Below are positions 45,042 to 54,297 of a stretch of DNA of 64,000 nt, piece after piece. A model generated the notes under the pieces. It was given only the letters and a program-made list of their open reading frames with translations. It did no database searches and was not told the origin of the DNA. The DNA is taken from the NCBI GenBank assembly GCA_016699425.1, contig CP064975.1:130979-194978 (forward strand). The letters are read 5' to 3'. Both the position numbers and the translations under genes were made by a program. Positions within the stretch are counted from its first letter, which is position 1, and every line of letters starts with the position of its first letter. The stretch comes from Candidatus Moraniibacteriota bacterium (GTDB taxonomy: Bacteria > Patescibacteriota > Minisyncoccia > Moranbacterales > UBA1568).

Positions 45042-46030
45042 CTAAATAGGGAGGGGCTCCGTACAGATGAGTTGTCCTGTAGAGCGTAAAATGAAAAGAA
45101 TACCATCATATCGGAGACATATCTTCACTGCGCGTACGCAGGAATTGTTCTCTGTCTGAGTATGTGGCCCGTGTCGGTGGTGCGAGCGACAGAGTTCGTC
45201 CATGAGGATTGGGACACTGGCACCCCACCGGCCAGTTGGCCGTACAAGGATGCTCCTGGCGTTTGTCCGGCTGGCTGGAAGGGGAATGTATTCCATGGAT
45301 GGGGCCCTGGTCTAGCAGGGTATTGCCAGTCGTTTTCTGAATGGGCACAGACTGGTCTTTCTACAACACACGCGTACAGCGGGACACGGTCGTTCTTCAT
45401 CAAGCGAGTCGCGGGGTGTCTGAGTCAGGGGTCATCGATATTGCCCTCCCCACCCCATACCCAAGCAAGATTTACGTAGCCTTCCGGCTCTGGCTGGATA
45501 GTAATTTCATCAACTTCAACACCCCGACTTCGCGTGAGCCGAGCTATCACTTCCTGTTTACGAATAGCGCACAATCGGGAACGGGCCTGCGGGTGAATAT
45601 GCTCTCGAAGGTTCCGTATATTGTGAATCATAGCTGCGGAGCCAATGAAGGCGGTTTCCCCTATAATCGACCCTACACTTTTTTCGATTTTCAAGATTAC
45701 ACTACGAGTCACTTTCGAGGAGGGTTCTTTCCGGGGTGCTATAACCTGCTTGATCACCTGAACGAATGGCTTGCGGTAGAATTCATGTTTGATTCACCTG
45801 GCGGCCATATCACAGCATGGATTAATGGTACGGTCGTCTATGATTATGACGACACGATTACGGACTCGAACTTTACATCACTCCAGATATCGAACTACAT
45901 GTCGAGTGAAGATGGGACAGGTTTCGATACGAGTTACTACATTGATGACTTCGTTGTCGCCGATACGTTCATTTCGCTAGCGGCCGACACCACCCCACCC
46001 GCCGCCCCAACGGGGCTCGCTGCGACATGA
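45042..46030 (+). pseudogene. Frameshifted gene for a ConA-like/LamG-type jelly-roll domain protein (fragments in at least three frames)
   Basis: MKRIPSYRRHIF... (45042..45107), MWPVSVV...SQGSSIL (45162..45479) and a 229-aa fragment (45341..46030) overlap in different frames. The C-terminal part ends in a Pro/Thr linker. Confidence 0.5.
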
Positions 46031-46227
46031 CCATGAGAGAACGGGACACGGGGCGCGAGTCCATTGACAAGAATTAGGGGAGGGACTAGGCGTTTGGACG
46101 AGTGAAGTGCTAAGATAGGCGTATATATTTTCTGAAAGTAGAGTCAGGTGGGTGTTTTTTCTGTTCGGTTTCAGACAATGGATGGGGGAGAGCGGCGATT
46201 TAATAAAGATAATAAACAAGGTAACTT

Positions 46228-48267
46228 ATGCTGAACTCAAATCTCGAGAAGAACGTCGAAAAGGGGTACCAATCACTCGGACGGTCAATACTCCTCGTGG
46301 GGAGGCAGAAGGTTCGGTTTTCTCTGGCGCTCCTTAGCATCATGTTCGTGGGCGGGGCGCTCGCGATGCTCATCTGGAACGTCTCAAGTACCTTCAACAA
46401 TGACTCAATCCAAGGCTCGCTCGCTTTGTTGCCGGGGGTGGAGTTGAATACCACGCAGGCAGCCGCGAATTCGACCTTGCTTTTCAATCCGGCCAGTGTG
46501 TCTGTCGCTGGTGATCAGCAGTTCTCCCTGGATGCGCGGATCAATCCTGGTACCAACGCAGTGAGTGCGGTCGAGCTGCATGTCACCTATGATCAAACAA
46601 AATTCCGACTGGATAGCATCACGGCTTCATCCCCGTTCACTCTCGAGCTGGCTGCGGCGTCAATCAACAATACAAATGGTACGGCCTCTATCGCGTTGGC
46701 GGTTCCTTTGACAAGCCCGTCGGTCACGACGACATCGACGATCGCGACGTTCTCGTTTCATTCCCTGGCGTCCGTGACAGGTTCTTCGATTGCGTTTACC
46801 GCAGCGTCGATCGCTTCTGCTGATGGCGAATCTGGCAATGCGATCATTACTCGTACACCAGCGACCGTTACGGTCGATGGCACAGCGCCCACCATCACCA
46901 CCATCACCTCGTCCCAAGCCAACGGAACATACACGACTGGTGCCGTCATCCCGATCAATCTCACCTTCTCCGAAGCAGCGACCTCGACTGGCAATGTCAC
47001 GGTCACACTGGAAACTGGTACGACCGATCGCACCTGCACGTTCACTGTGTCGAATTCGACGACGGGGAGCTGTAACTACACGGTCCAAGCCGGAGATACC
47101 ACAACTGATCTCAACGTGAATACGGTCTCTGGTGTCATCCGGGACCAGGCTGGGAATGCGATGACCAACTTCGTTCCGACGACGAACCTGGCTGCTAACA
47201 AGGCACTGGTGATTGATACGACTGCTCCGACCAATCAGCAAACTGTCTTTTCGACGAGTGTTTCGGTAGCGGGCGGAGCAAGTGTCACGATCGTTTCGTC
47301 AGGAGACTCCACGAACAATGTCTGGTTTGCCCCATCGGGTACCACAAACTTCGTAGCGAGCGCGACTATGACCAAAGCCGCGAATGGCTCATCGACCACC
47401 ATCCTCGCCCCAGCTACAGGTGGAAGCTACAAGCTGTTTGTGATCGATGCGGCCGGCAATGTGTCTACAGCCTCAACAGCAACCTTGACGGTTGATAGCG
47501 TGCCGCCCACCATCACCACCATCACCTCGTCCCAAGCCAACGGAACATACACGACTGGTGCCGTCATCCCGATCAATCTCACCTTCTCCGAAGCAGCGAC
47601 CTCGACTGGCAATGTCACGGTCACACTGGAAACTGGTACGACCGATCGCACCTGCACGTTCACCGTATCGAATTCGACGACGGGGAGCTGTAACTACACG
47701 GTCCAAGCCGGAGATACCACAACTGATCTCAACGTGAATACGGTCTCTGGTGTCATCCGGGACCAGGCTGGGAATGCGATGACCAACTTCGTTCCGACGA
47801 CGAACCTGGCTGCTAACAAGGCACTGGTGATTGATACGACAACGCCGGTGATCTCTGTGGTATCGGCGATCCCGAGCATTACCCGGGACTCTACACCGTA
47901 CTATGTGTTCAATGCGACAAAGCCCGGAACGATCACGTATGGGGGCGGCTGTTCATCGAGTACGACTGCCGCCGTATCGGGCAGCAACACCGTCACTTTC
48001 AACACACTGAGTCCAGGTACGTACGCGAGCTGCACACTCTTCATCACGGATGCATCGAGCAATTCGAGTAACACGCTCAGTATCGCTTCGTTCGTTGTGA
48101 CATACGCGAGTGATCTCAATTTGGACCGGACGGTAAATGTTATCGACTTCGGTGTTCTGAAGACAAACTACGGCACCACCAATGCTGCGGGCGATATCAA
48201 TAGCGATGGCCAGGTCAATGTGCTGGACTTCGGCGTCCTGCATGGTCAGTATGGGAGCAGTGTGTAA
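46228..48267 (+). CDS. Scaffoldin-like surface protein: TM anchor, cohesin-like module, two identical 112-aa Ig-like repeat modules, further beta-rich modules and a C-terminal dockerin
   Basis: 679 aa. The cohesin-like module is residues ~85-215. An exact protein repeat is encoded by a 336-bp DNA tandem repeat. The C-terminal dockerin reads DLNLDRTVNVIDFGVLKTNYG / DINSDGQVNVLDFGVLHGQYG, two DxNxDxxVNxxD Ca-loop repeats. Confidence 0.7.
   Translation: MLNSNLEKNVEKGYQSLGRSILLVGRQKVRFSLALLSIMFVGGALAMLIWNVSSTFNNDSIQGSLALLPGVELNTTQAAANSTLLFNPASVSVAGDQQFSLDARINPGTNAVSAVELHVTYDQTKFRLDSITASSPFTLELAAASINNTNGTASIALAVPLTSPSVTTTSTIATFSFHSLASVTGSSIAFTAASIASADGESGNAIITRTPATVTVDGTAPTITTITSSQANGTYTTGAVIPINLTFSEAATSTGNVTVTLETGTTDRTCTFTVSNSTTGSCNYTVQAGDTTTDLNVNTVSGVIRDQAGNAMTNFVPTTNLAANKALVIDTTAPTNQQTVFSTSVSVAGGASVTIVSSGDSTNNVWFAPSGTTNFVASATMTKAANGSSTTILAPATGGSYKLFVIDAAGNVSTASTATLTVDSVPPTITTITSSQANGTYTTGAVIPINLTFSEAATSTGNVTVTLETGTTDRTCTFTVSNSTTGSCNYTVQAGDTTTDLNVNTVSGVIRDQAGNAMTNFVPTTNLAANKALVIDTTTPVISVVSAIPSITRDSTPYYVFNATKPGTITYGGGCSSSTTAAVSGSNTVTFNTLSPGTYASCTLFITDASSNSSNTLSIASFVVTYASDLNLDRTVNVIDFGVLKTNYGTTNAAGDINSDGQVNVLDFGVLHGQYGSSV
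46887..47840 (+). repeat. Tandem direct repeat inside the scaffoldin gene: two 336-bp copies (46887-47222 and 47505-47840), >99% identical, period 618 bp
   Basis: The copies differ at only about two positions. Each encodes APTITTITSSQANGTYTTGAVIPINLTF...NLAANKALVIDTT. Confidence 0.85.
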
Positions 48268-48308
48268 GAAGTGGTGGAGTGAAGATGGTTATCTCGTGAA
48301 AACATAAA

Positions 48309-48962
48309 ATGACTAAAACTATCATTATGGACGACCTCCGAAAAACGGATGCGGGAGGAATGGGCAGTGCCGTGGGATTGGGAGCAGTGATTCTCGTCTT
48401 GGTCGTCGTGGGGATAGTCGTGTGGAAGTATAGTGCGACCTCACTCGCCCCGTCATCGCCCCAGGTGGTGACTGGTGTAAAGGAGACACCGCTGCCACCG
48501 GAGGAACTGGTCCGCGTCACTCCGGCGCTTGGGCATGCAGAAAGCACACTGGAATTCACCCCGGAAAAGTCGTCAGTGGCCGTGAGTCAGCGCTTCTCGT
48601 TGGATGCGGTCGTTCAACCAGGCAGCAATCGGGTCAGTGGTGCCGAACTTCACGTTCGGTTTGATCCGAAAATGGTTCAGTTGGAAGGGATCCAGGCGTC
48701 ACCCGCCTTCTCCCTCGAATTGCAGGCAGCGAAGATAGACAATGCCGCTGGGACGGCAGTCATCGCTTTGGGTACCTCGCTCAACGAATCGTCCGTCGTT
48801 GCAGAACAGACGGTGGCGAAGTTTTCCTTCCTCGCGCTGGATTCAGTCGGCACGACGCGTGTCGAGATCGTCGATACATCGCTTGTCTCGGCTGATAATG
48901 AAGCACAGAATGTTCTGAAAGCAATAAAGGCGGCACAAGTCACGATTTCAACGGGAGACTAA
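48309..48962 (+). CDS. Membrane-anchored cohesin-like module protein (paralog 2)
   Basis: N-terminal TM plus one module (LEFTPEKSSVAVSQRFSLDAVVQPGSNRVSGAELHVRFDPKMVQLEGIQAS...). Confidence 0.6.
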   Translation: MTKTIIMDDLRKTDAGGMGSAVGLGAVILVLVVVGIVVWKYSATSLAPSSPQVVTGVKETPLPPEELVRVTPALGHAESTLEFTPEKSSVAVSQRFSLDAVVQPGSNRVSGAELHVRFDPKMVQLEGIQASPAFSLELQAAKIDNAAGTAVIALGTSLNESSVVAEQTVAKFSFLALDSVGTTRVEIVDTSLVSADNEAQNVLKAIKAAQVTISTGD

Positions 48963-48974
48963 TTCTTGGACCGG

Positions 48975-49490
48975 ATGATAGCAATGCATATGGATGAGGC
49001 AATCGCAGGAAAGTGCGTACGGGATATCATGCGGCATGACGTGGTCTCGGTCGCTTCGGACCAGACAATTCAGGATGTCGCGGAAGCGCTGACGAAGCGA
49101 AGCATCCATGGCGTTCCCGTCATCGACAGGGACTCTACGGTGGTTGGGATCGTGACAGAATCGGATTTCTTCATGAAGGACCGGGCCACTCTGCATATCC
49201 CTTCGTTTATGGATATCATGCAAAAGACGATGGTCGCGAAGGCACTGGGGGATACCGATCGCGCCACCATCGACCGGGTCCTCTCGGCTCGAGTGAAGGA
49301 TATCATGACGGCCGAGTGCATGACCGTGTATGAGGGGACTCCTCTGCATGATCTGCTGCAGATATTTGCGACGACTCACTTCAAGACCATCCCAGTCGTT
49401 GACGACCAGCGCCGGTTGGTGGGTGTCGTGACCGTGATGGATATGTTGACCGCGATCACTCCTCCTGTTGGGCGGGTTTCGGGAGCGTGA
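48975..49490 (+). CDS. CBS-domain pair protein
   Basis: Two CBS motifs (VRDIMRHDVVSVASDQTIQDVAEALTKRSIHGVPV and VKDIMTAECMTVYEGTPLHDLLQIFATTHFKTIPVV). A TTG alternative start lies at 48966. Confidence 0.75.
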   Translation: MIAMHMDEAIAGKCVRDIMRHDVVSVASDQTIQDVAEALTKRSIHGVPVIDRDSTVVGIVTESDFFMKDRATLHIPSFMDIMQKTMVAKALGDTDRATIDRVLSARVKDIMTAECMTVYEGTPLHDLLQIFATTHFKTIPVVDDQRRLVGVVTVMDMLTAITPPVGRVSGA

Positions 49491-49586
49491 ATAGTGCAGC
49501 AGCGGGTGGGAGATTGAAACATTATATGGGGTCGTGTTATATTATGATTCATGTGAGCAAACGGTAGCTCAGTCGTGCGTTGATTC

Positions 49587-50108
49587 GTGAAAGATACTAT
49601 GAACAGGAAATATTTCAGTACTATGCAGTGGGTGTTCGGACTCGTGGCATTTGCGGTGCTTCCGGGTGTGGCGAATGCTGGTACGGCGCATTTGACCTGG
49701 AATGCGAACAGCGAAGGTGATCTCGCTGGATATACGATTTACTATGCGACGTCATCTCACTCGGGGACATGCCCGACGGGGTATACGAGCAACCAGAACG
49801 CTGGAAATGTTACTTCTTACTATTTCGACAACTTGACCGCTGGGCAAACATACTATTTCCAGCTGACCGCCAAAGACACGTCAAATAACGAGAGCGGGTG
49901 TTCGACGAGCCCGGGTGAAGTTTCGAAGCTCATCACTTACCGTAGTGATTTGAATACGGACCATGCGGTGAACGTCCTCGATTTCGGGGTACTCCATACG
50001 AACTATGGGAATACGACGCCGGGCAATGTCGCCGACATCAACCGGGATAGCGCGGTGAACGTCCTCGATTTCGGAATCCTTCATGGAGAATACGGTGGCA
50101 GTTTCTAG
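49587..50108 (+). CDS. Secreted fibronectin-type-III plus dockerin protein
   Basis: Signal peptide, an FN3-like module (LTWNANSEGDLAGYTIYYA...TYYFQLTAKDTSNNES) and a C-terminal dockerin (DLNTDHAVNVLDFGVLHTNYG / DINRDSAVNVLDFGILHGEYG). Confidence 0.7.
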   Translation: MKDTMNRKYFSTMQWVFGLVAFAVLPGVANAGTAHLTWNANSEGDLAGYTIYYATSSHSGTCPTGYTSNQNAGNVTSYYFDNLTAGQTYYFQLTAKDTSNNESGCSTSPGEVSKLITYRSDLNTDHAVNVLDFGVLHTNYGNTTPGNVADINRDSAVNVLDFGILHGEYGGSF

Positions 50109-50181
50109 GATTGGAGTGGAGAGATAGCTTCCACGAACACGGTGTCGAGACACACAGCACAACAAGTTAAACGAAAATAAT

Positions 50182-51045
50182 ATGGATCTGATGAGTATTA
50201 CAAAGAGAGGAACGCGGTCTTCTTCTTCGCTCGCCCTACTCGTGTTTGTGCTGCCGATGTTTCTGTCTCTCACTTTGCCAGTTCATGCGGCCGCCGACAC
50301 GACTCTCTATTTCAATCCAGCGAGTGCTGCTCAGACAGTCGGAGATGACTTCAGCTTGGTCGCAACGATTAACCCAGGAGCGAACGCGGTCAGCGCTGTT
50401 GAGTTGCATGTGACCTTTGATCAGACCAAGCTCCGACTGGATAACATCACGGCTTCAGGGACTTTCTCACTGGAGCTTGCGGCTGCTGTAATCAATAATA
50501 CCGACGGCACTGCCTCAATCGCTCTTGCTGTCCCGCTCGCGAGTCCGTCGGTGACGACCACGTCTGCGGTGGCGACCTTTGCCTTCCATGCACTTGCAAA
50601 CGGGACGGATTCACCGGTGGCCTTCACGACTGCTTCTCTTGCTTCGGCAGATAGTGAGTCCGGCAATGCAATCTCGGTCCGGACATCGGCTTCGGTGACT
50701 ATCACAGGGGGTTCTTCATCGAGTAGCGATGATGATGGTGATGGCGGTGGACACAAGAAAAAGAAAAAGGTCTCCCCACGGAAAATCACGAATTCAGTAA
50801 AATCGGTTCATCGGGGGGGTACGTTGACCCAGCGCGGGAAAAAGTTTTCCAAGAATTCCCTCGTCGCGCTCTATTTCTCCAAGCCGAACGGGACGTACTA
50901 TCCGCCGATGATGGTGAAGACGAGCGGGAGTGGTGCATTTATGATCAAGTATCGGGTCACTAAGCCAGCGGGGAAATATAGCTGGTATGTCGTCGATACC
51001 AAGACTGGCAAAAAGAGTAAGGTTATGACATATACGGTCAAATAA
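50182..51045 (+). CDS. Secreted cohesin-like module protein (paralog 3) with an Asp/Gly/Lys-rich linker and a C-terminal beta domain
   Basis: Signal peptide, then a module 70-80% identical to the scaffoldin module (LYFNPASAAQTVGDDFSLVATINPGANAVSAVELHVTFDQTKLRLDNITAS...), then SSSSDDDGDGGGHKKKKK and a ~90-aa C-terminal domain. Confidence 0.65.
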   Translation: MDLMSITKRGTRSSSSLALLVFVLPMFLSLTLPVHAAADTTLYFNPASAAQTVGDDFSLVATINPGANAVSAVELHVTFDQTKLRLDNITASGTFSLELAAAVINNTDGTASIALAVPLASPSVTTTSAVATFAFHALANGTDSPVAFTTASLASADSESGNAISVRTSASVTITGGSSSSSDDDGDGGGHKKKKKVSPRKITNSVKSVHRGGTLTQRGKKFSKNSLVALYFSKPNGTYYPPMMVKTSGSGAFMIKYRVTKPAGKYSWYVVDTKTGKKSKVMTYTVK

Positions 51046-51061
51046 GCGAGCCAAGCGGACT

Positions 51062-52081
51062 ATGGGAAGGCAGGAAATTGTGAAGTATGCACTATTAGCG
51101 GCCGCTGCGTTGGCGGTCGCTTTTGTTGTGTATTTTTATTTTTTGCGATCGTCAGAGCAGACGGCACCAGTGAGTAACACGACACGTGATTCAGCGTCTT
51201 TGGAATCGCCTGGGGCGTCTGACGATCAGCGCCCGGAAGGGCGAGAAACGATCATAGCTGAAATTGATGGTGTTATCAGGCAGGTAAGTTTGCCTAGTGG
51301 TAAACTGGAACCGATGACTGATTTTGTCGAGGCACTTCCGATGGAACTCCAGCTGGAGTCCTATACCGGAGTCGACCCGGCATTCCAGAAACCAGAAGCT
51401 CCAGATCTTTGGTTTCAACCCCGGGTAGGGAAGTTGATCTTCGGACATGTCGTGACCCCTGATGGGCGAGATGTGGCACCGGTGTATGTCTGTGATACGG
51501 AAGCCCACCGATGCGAACATACTGGACCAGGAGCGGACCTCGGAGCCGCAACCGTGCCGCAGGGAGCGGTGAGTGGTACTGGCGAGAGGCTCGTGGTGAT
51601 CAATCAGCATGATACCCCCAATACCGAGACTGGCGCACACTGGGATCTGTTGGTCTATGCGACGAACCGGCTCGATACCCCGGAACGGACCATCGATATC
51701 TCGGCGGCGATCGATCGAAGCCCGGAAGCCGCTTACGACAGTGTCTCGTCGGTAGCGTGGAGCCCAGACGGAACCCAAGTGGCTATCGTGTCATCTCGGA
51801 GAATCGTCATCGTCGATATCCGATCCGGTACCGTCACGCAGGTGTTTGAGGCGCCAGCACCGGTCGACGAAGACGCCAATCCGTCATGGGACAATAGCCT
51901 GCTCGTCTGGTCACCTGGCGGCCGGTATCTCGCCTTTGCGAGCTATTCAGAAGCGGCGGGTGCGAGCGATGAGTCCGACGAGGAAACCGCTGATACATTG
52001 ACGGCCATCGATCTGGAGCAGGGGAATGCACTCCAGACACTCGTCCGAGGGGAAAGCGTCCGTCTCGTCACCGGAGAGTGA
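51062..52081 (+). CDS. Membrane-anchored beta-propeller (PD40/TolB-like repeat) protein
   Basis: N-terminal TM plus a domain with WSPDG/WSPGG repeats (VAWSPDGTQVAIVS, LVWSPGGRYLAFAS). Confidence 0.55.
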   Translation: MGRQEIVKYALLAAAALAVAFVVYFYFLRSSEQTAPVSNTTRDSASLESPGASDDQRPEGRETIIAEIDGVIRQVSLPSGKLEPMTDFVEALPMELQLESYTGVDPAFQKPEAPDLWFQPRVGKLIFGHVVTPDGRDVAPVYVCDTEAHRCEHTGPGADLGAATVPQGAVSGTGERLVVINQHDTPNTETGAHWDLLVYATNRLDTPERTIDISAAIDRSPEAAYDSVSSVAWSPDGTQVAIVSSRRIVIVDIRSGTVTQVFEAPAPVDEDANPSWDNSLLVWSPGGRYLAFASYSEAAGASDESDEETADTLTAIDLEQGNALQTLVRGESVRLVTGE

Positions 52082-52185
52082 AGTCAGATGGATGCCGGGT
52101 TGACTCTCGGGGAGGAGACCGGTACACTGGGCAGGCACTAAGCGTTTATTTAGAGCGAGCGGGGCATCGTATACCGGTAGTACCT

Positions 52186-52206
52186 GCCTACCGGCAGGCA
52201 GGCGTC
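52186..52206. repeat. GC-rich hairpin repeat (family member e: CCTGCCTACCGGCAGGCAGG, the exact reverse complement of the copy at 8203-8222), 28 nt upstream of tRNA-Pro
   Basis: Exact reverse complement of the hairpin between tRNA-Arg(TCT) and tRNA-His. Confidence 0.6.
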
Positions 52207-52233
52207 TGCTCCTTGTCCTGTCACACAAAATAT

Positions 52234-52304
52234 CGGAGCGTAGTATAGTGGTAGTACGCCTGGTTTGGGACCAGGTGGTCCGAGTCCGATTCTCGGCGCT
52301 CCGA
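52234..52304 (+). tRNA. tRNA-Pro (anticodon TGG)
   Basis: Acceptor CGGAGCG/CGCTCCG, D-arm GTAT-AGTGGTA-GTAC, anticodon stem CCTGG/CCAGG, loop TTTGGGA, T-arm CCGAG-TCCGATT-CTCGG. It is flanked by the 10-bp inverted repeats TGTCACACAA (52218-52227) and TTGTGTGACA (52311-52320). Confidence 0.8.
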
Positions 52305-52419
52305 CTACAAAGTTGTGTGACGGGGTGAAGGAGCAGATAGTCTGGGTTCCCCGCCTGCAACGCTGTTGCGTAGCAATTGCGGGCAGGAATTCCCAGTGCC
52401 CCGACAGAATTTCTTCTCT

Positions 52420-52752
52420 ATGAGGAAGCAATACCGAAAGCTGGTGCGCGATCGTATCCCGGACATCATCCGAAAAAAGGGAGGGATACCGGAAATTCGG
52501 ACTCTGCCGGAAGGGGAGTACCTTCAGGCACTCAAAGAGAAGTTTAAGGAAGAACTCGCTGAATATCTCGCCGCTGAGACTCCAGAGGCACGGCTCGAAG
52601 AGATGGCGGATATCTTTGAAGTTATTACAGTCTTGAATGCCACCGAAGGGCGCAGTGTCGAGCAGGTGATTGAGACGCAGAAAAAGAAGCGTGAAGACCG
52701 AGGCGCCTTCGAGGAGCGGATCTTCTTGGAGTCAGTAGAGGAACCGGAATGA
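52420..52752 (+). CDS. MazG/PRA-PH-like nucleoside triphosphate pyrophosphohydrolase (small all-alpha NTP-PPase)
   Basis: KLVRDRIPDII...EELAEYL...EEMADIFEVI pattern typical of PRA-PH/MazG-type house-cleaning NTPases. A TTG alternative start lies at 52366. Confidence 0.55.
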   Translation: MRKQYRKLVRDRIPDIIRKKGGIPEIRTLPEGEYLQALKEKFKEELAEYLAAETPEARLEEMADIFEVITVLNATEGRSVEQVIETQKKKREDRGAFEERIFLESVEEPE

Positions 52753-53765
52753 AAAAAGTCGTCACGATCGGTGGAGGGACGGGGAGCTTCATGCTCCTGT
52801 CCGGACTGAAAGAGTACCCGATCGAACTGTCGGCGATCGTCTCCATGGCGGACGATGGCGGCTCGACCGGAGTGCTTCGTGATGAGCTCGGTGTCTTGCC
52901 GCCGGGCGATGTACGCCAGTGTCTGGTGGCGCTTTCGGATACCCCCGAGCGGCTGCGTGAGCTGATGAATTACCGTTTCGAAAATGGCGGTCTCGAGGGG
53001 CATAATTTCGGTAATCTCCTCCTCTCGGCGCTTGAGAAAATCACCGGTGACTTCGGTGATGGCGTCCGTGAAGCAGCTCAGATCCTCAATGTCCGCGGTG
53101 AAGTCATTCCTGTCACACTTTCGGATACCCGGCTCTATATGGAGCTAGTGGATGGCAGACGCCTTTCTGGTGAGCACGAGATCAATACTGATACGAAGTT
53201 CGAGCGGGTCGGTGTGAAGCGAGTCTCTCTCAAGCCTGTGCCCCGAGCGAATCCGCTGGCCGTCGAGCGCATCCTCGCCGCCGACCTCATCGTCATCGGT
53301 CCAGGGAGTCATTACTGCGCGATCATCCCGAGCCTCATCGTCCCCGGTATCGCTGAGGCCCTGCGCAAGACGAGGGCAAAGGTGGTATACAATTGCAATC
53401 TCGTTTCCAAACACGGGCAAACTGACCGATTCGCGCTCGAAGACTATGTCGACGCGCTGCATACGCTCATTGGGAAGCCGCGGATTGATTTCGTTACGTA
53501 CAATACGTCCCGACCGACCGAACGGCTCCTGAAGAAGTATGCCCATGAGGGGAGTATCGTGCCGTTCCGCCAAGATGATCCCAAGCGCCGGTACCGAGTA
53601 ATCCAGACGGACCTCTTGAGCCAAGAAAAAGTCAGGCGTCGGCGTGCGGACAAGATCGCCCATACCCGCGCTTTCATCCGCCATGATCCGAAGAAACTCG
53701 CTCGGGTACTGATGCTCCTCCTCGAGATCGGGGAGTATGAAAATATCCTGAATGATATCGTGTAG
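52749..53765 (+). CDS. yvcK: Gluconeogenesis factor YvcK/CofD-family protein (UPF0052)
   Basis: VVTIGGGTGSFMLLSGL...MADDGGSTGVLR are the family N-terminal motifs. 338 aa. Confidence 0.8.
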   Translation: MKKVVTIGGGTGSFMLLSGLKEYPIELSAIVSMADDGGSTGVLRDELGVLPPGDVRQCLVALSDTPERLRELMNYRFENGGLEGHNFGNLLLSALEKITGDFGDGVREAAQILNVRGEVIPVTLSDTRLYMELVDGRRLSGEHEINTDTKFERVGVKRVSLKPVPRANPLAVERILAADLIVIGPGSHYCAIIPSLIVPGIAEALRKTRAKVVYNCNLVSKHGQTDRFALEDYVDALHTLIGKPRIDFVTYNTSRPTERLLKKYAHEGSIVPFRQDDPKRRYRVIQTDLLSQEKVRRRRADKIAHTRAFIRHDPKKLARVLMLLLEIGEYENILNDIV

Positions 53766-53942
53766 TCCTCGACCGCACCTTGTCATGGTGGGACGGATTG
53801 ATTAGTATGGATGTAGTTCTTTCGGGATCGTAGAGAGTAGGCGGACCAGTGTGGCCTCGGGTGGGTATATACCCTCGGAGGCTATAGTGGCCCGCTTGCT
53901 TGCCTCTTTGGCTAGTACGGGACTCCTACAAGGAGAAATGCC

Positions 53943-54116
53943 ATGAGAAAGATGTCCCCCCACGATCCCCCCGTCGCTGACTTCGAGACTTTCGCTGCTG
54001 CTTCGGTCGAGGACCGTCCGCCCGACACCAGCAAGTTCGAGAATGCAGTTCACGCCAGCGCCATTACTGGCCGACACGCCGACACCGACGACAACCGCGT
54101 GGCCGTCGTCATCTGA
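53943..54116 (+). CDS. Small acidic hypothetical protein (57 aa)
   Basis: Hand-found ORF with SD AAGGAG 7 nt upstream of the ATG. Asp/Ala-rich. Confidence 0.3.
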   Translation: MRKMSPHDPPVADFETFAAASVEDRPPDTSKFENAVHASAITGRHADTDDNRVAVVI

Positions 54117-54262
54117 GCCCAAGCCCGTCGGAGGACCCCCAAAGACAATTGTCTGCGGGGGCCCGAACTTTTTTCTCGCTTTGCACGGAGGCGTTATTCT
54201 GGGGAGAGTAGTCGTGATTTTTGGCTTACGAGAGGGGAAAAGGAGCCCAGAGTCAGCGGATG

Positions 54263-54291
54263 TTGACAGGATGGTTCGGCTGTGCTATACT
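54263..54291 (+). promoter_or_regulatory. Consensus sigma70 promoter (TTGACA-17 bp-TATACT)
   Basis: Perfect -35, a 17-bp spacer and a near-consensus -10. It predicts a transcript start near 54298. Confidence 0.6.
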
Positions 54292-54297
54292 CCCTCT

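Noticed and set aside
46758-47879. Minus-strand ORFs (for example 46660..47241, 46758..47045, 47427..47663) inside the scaffoldin gene
   Set aside because: They are mirror-image artefacts of the Thr/Ala-rich tandem repeat and duplicate each other because the DNA is repeated.
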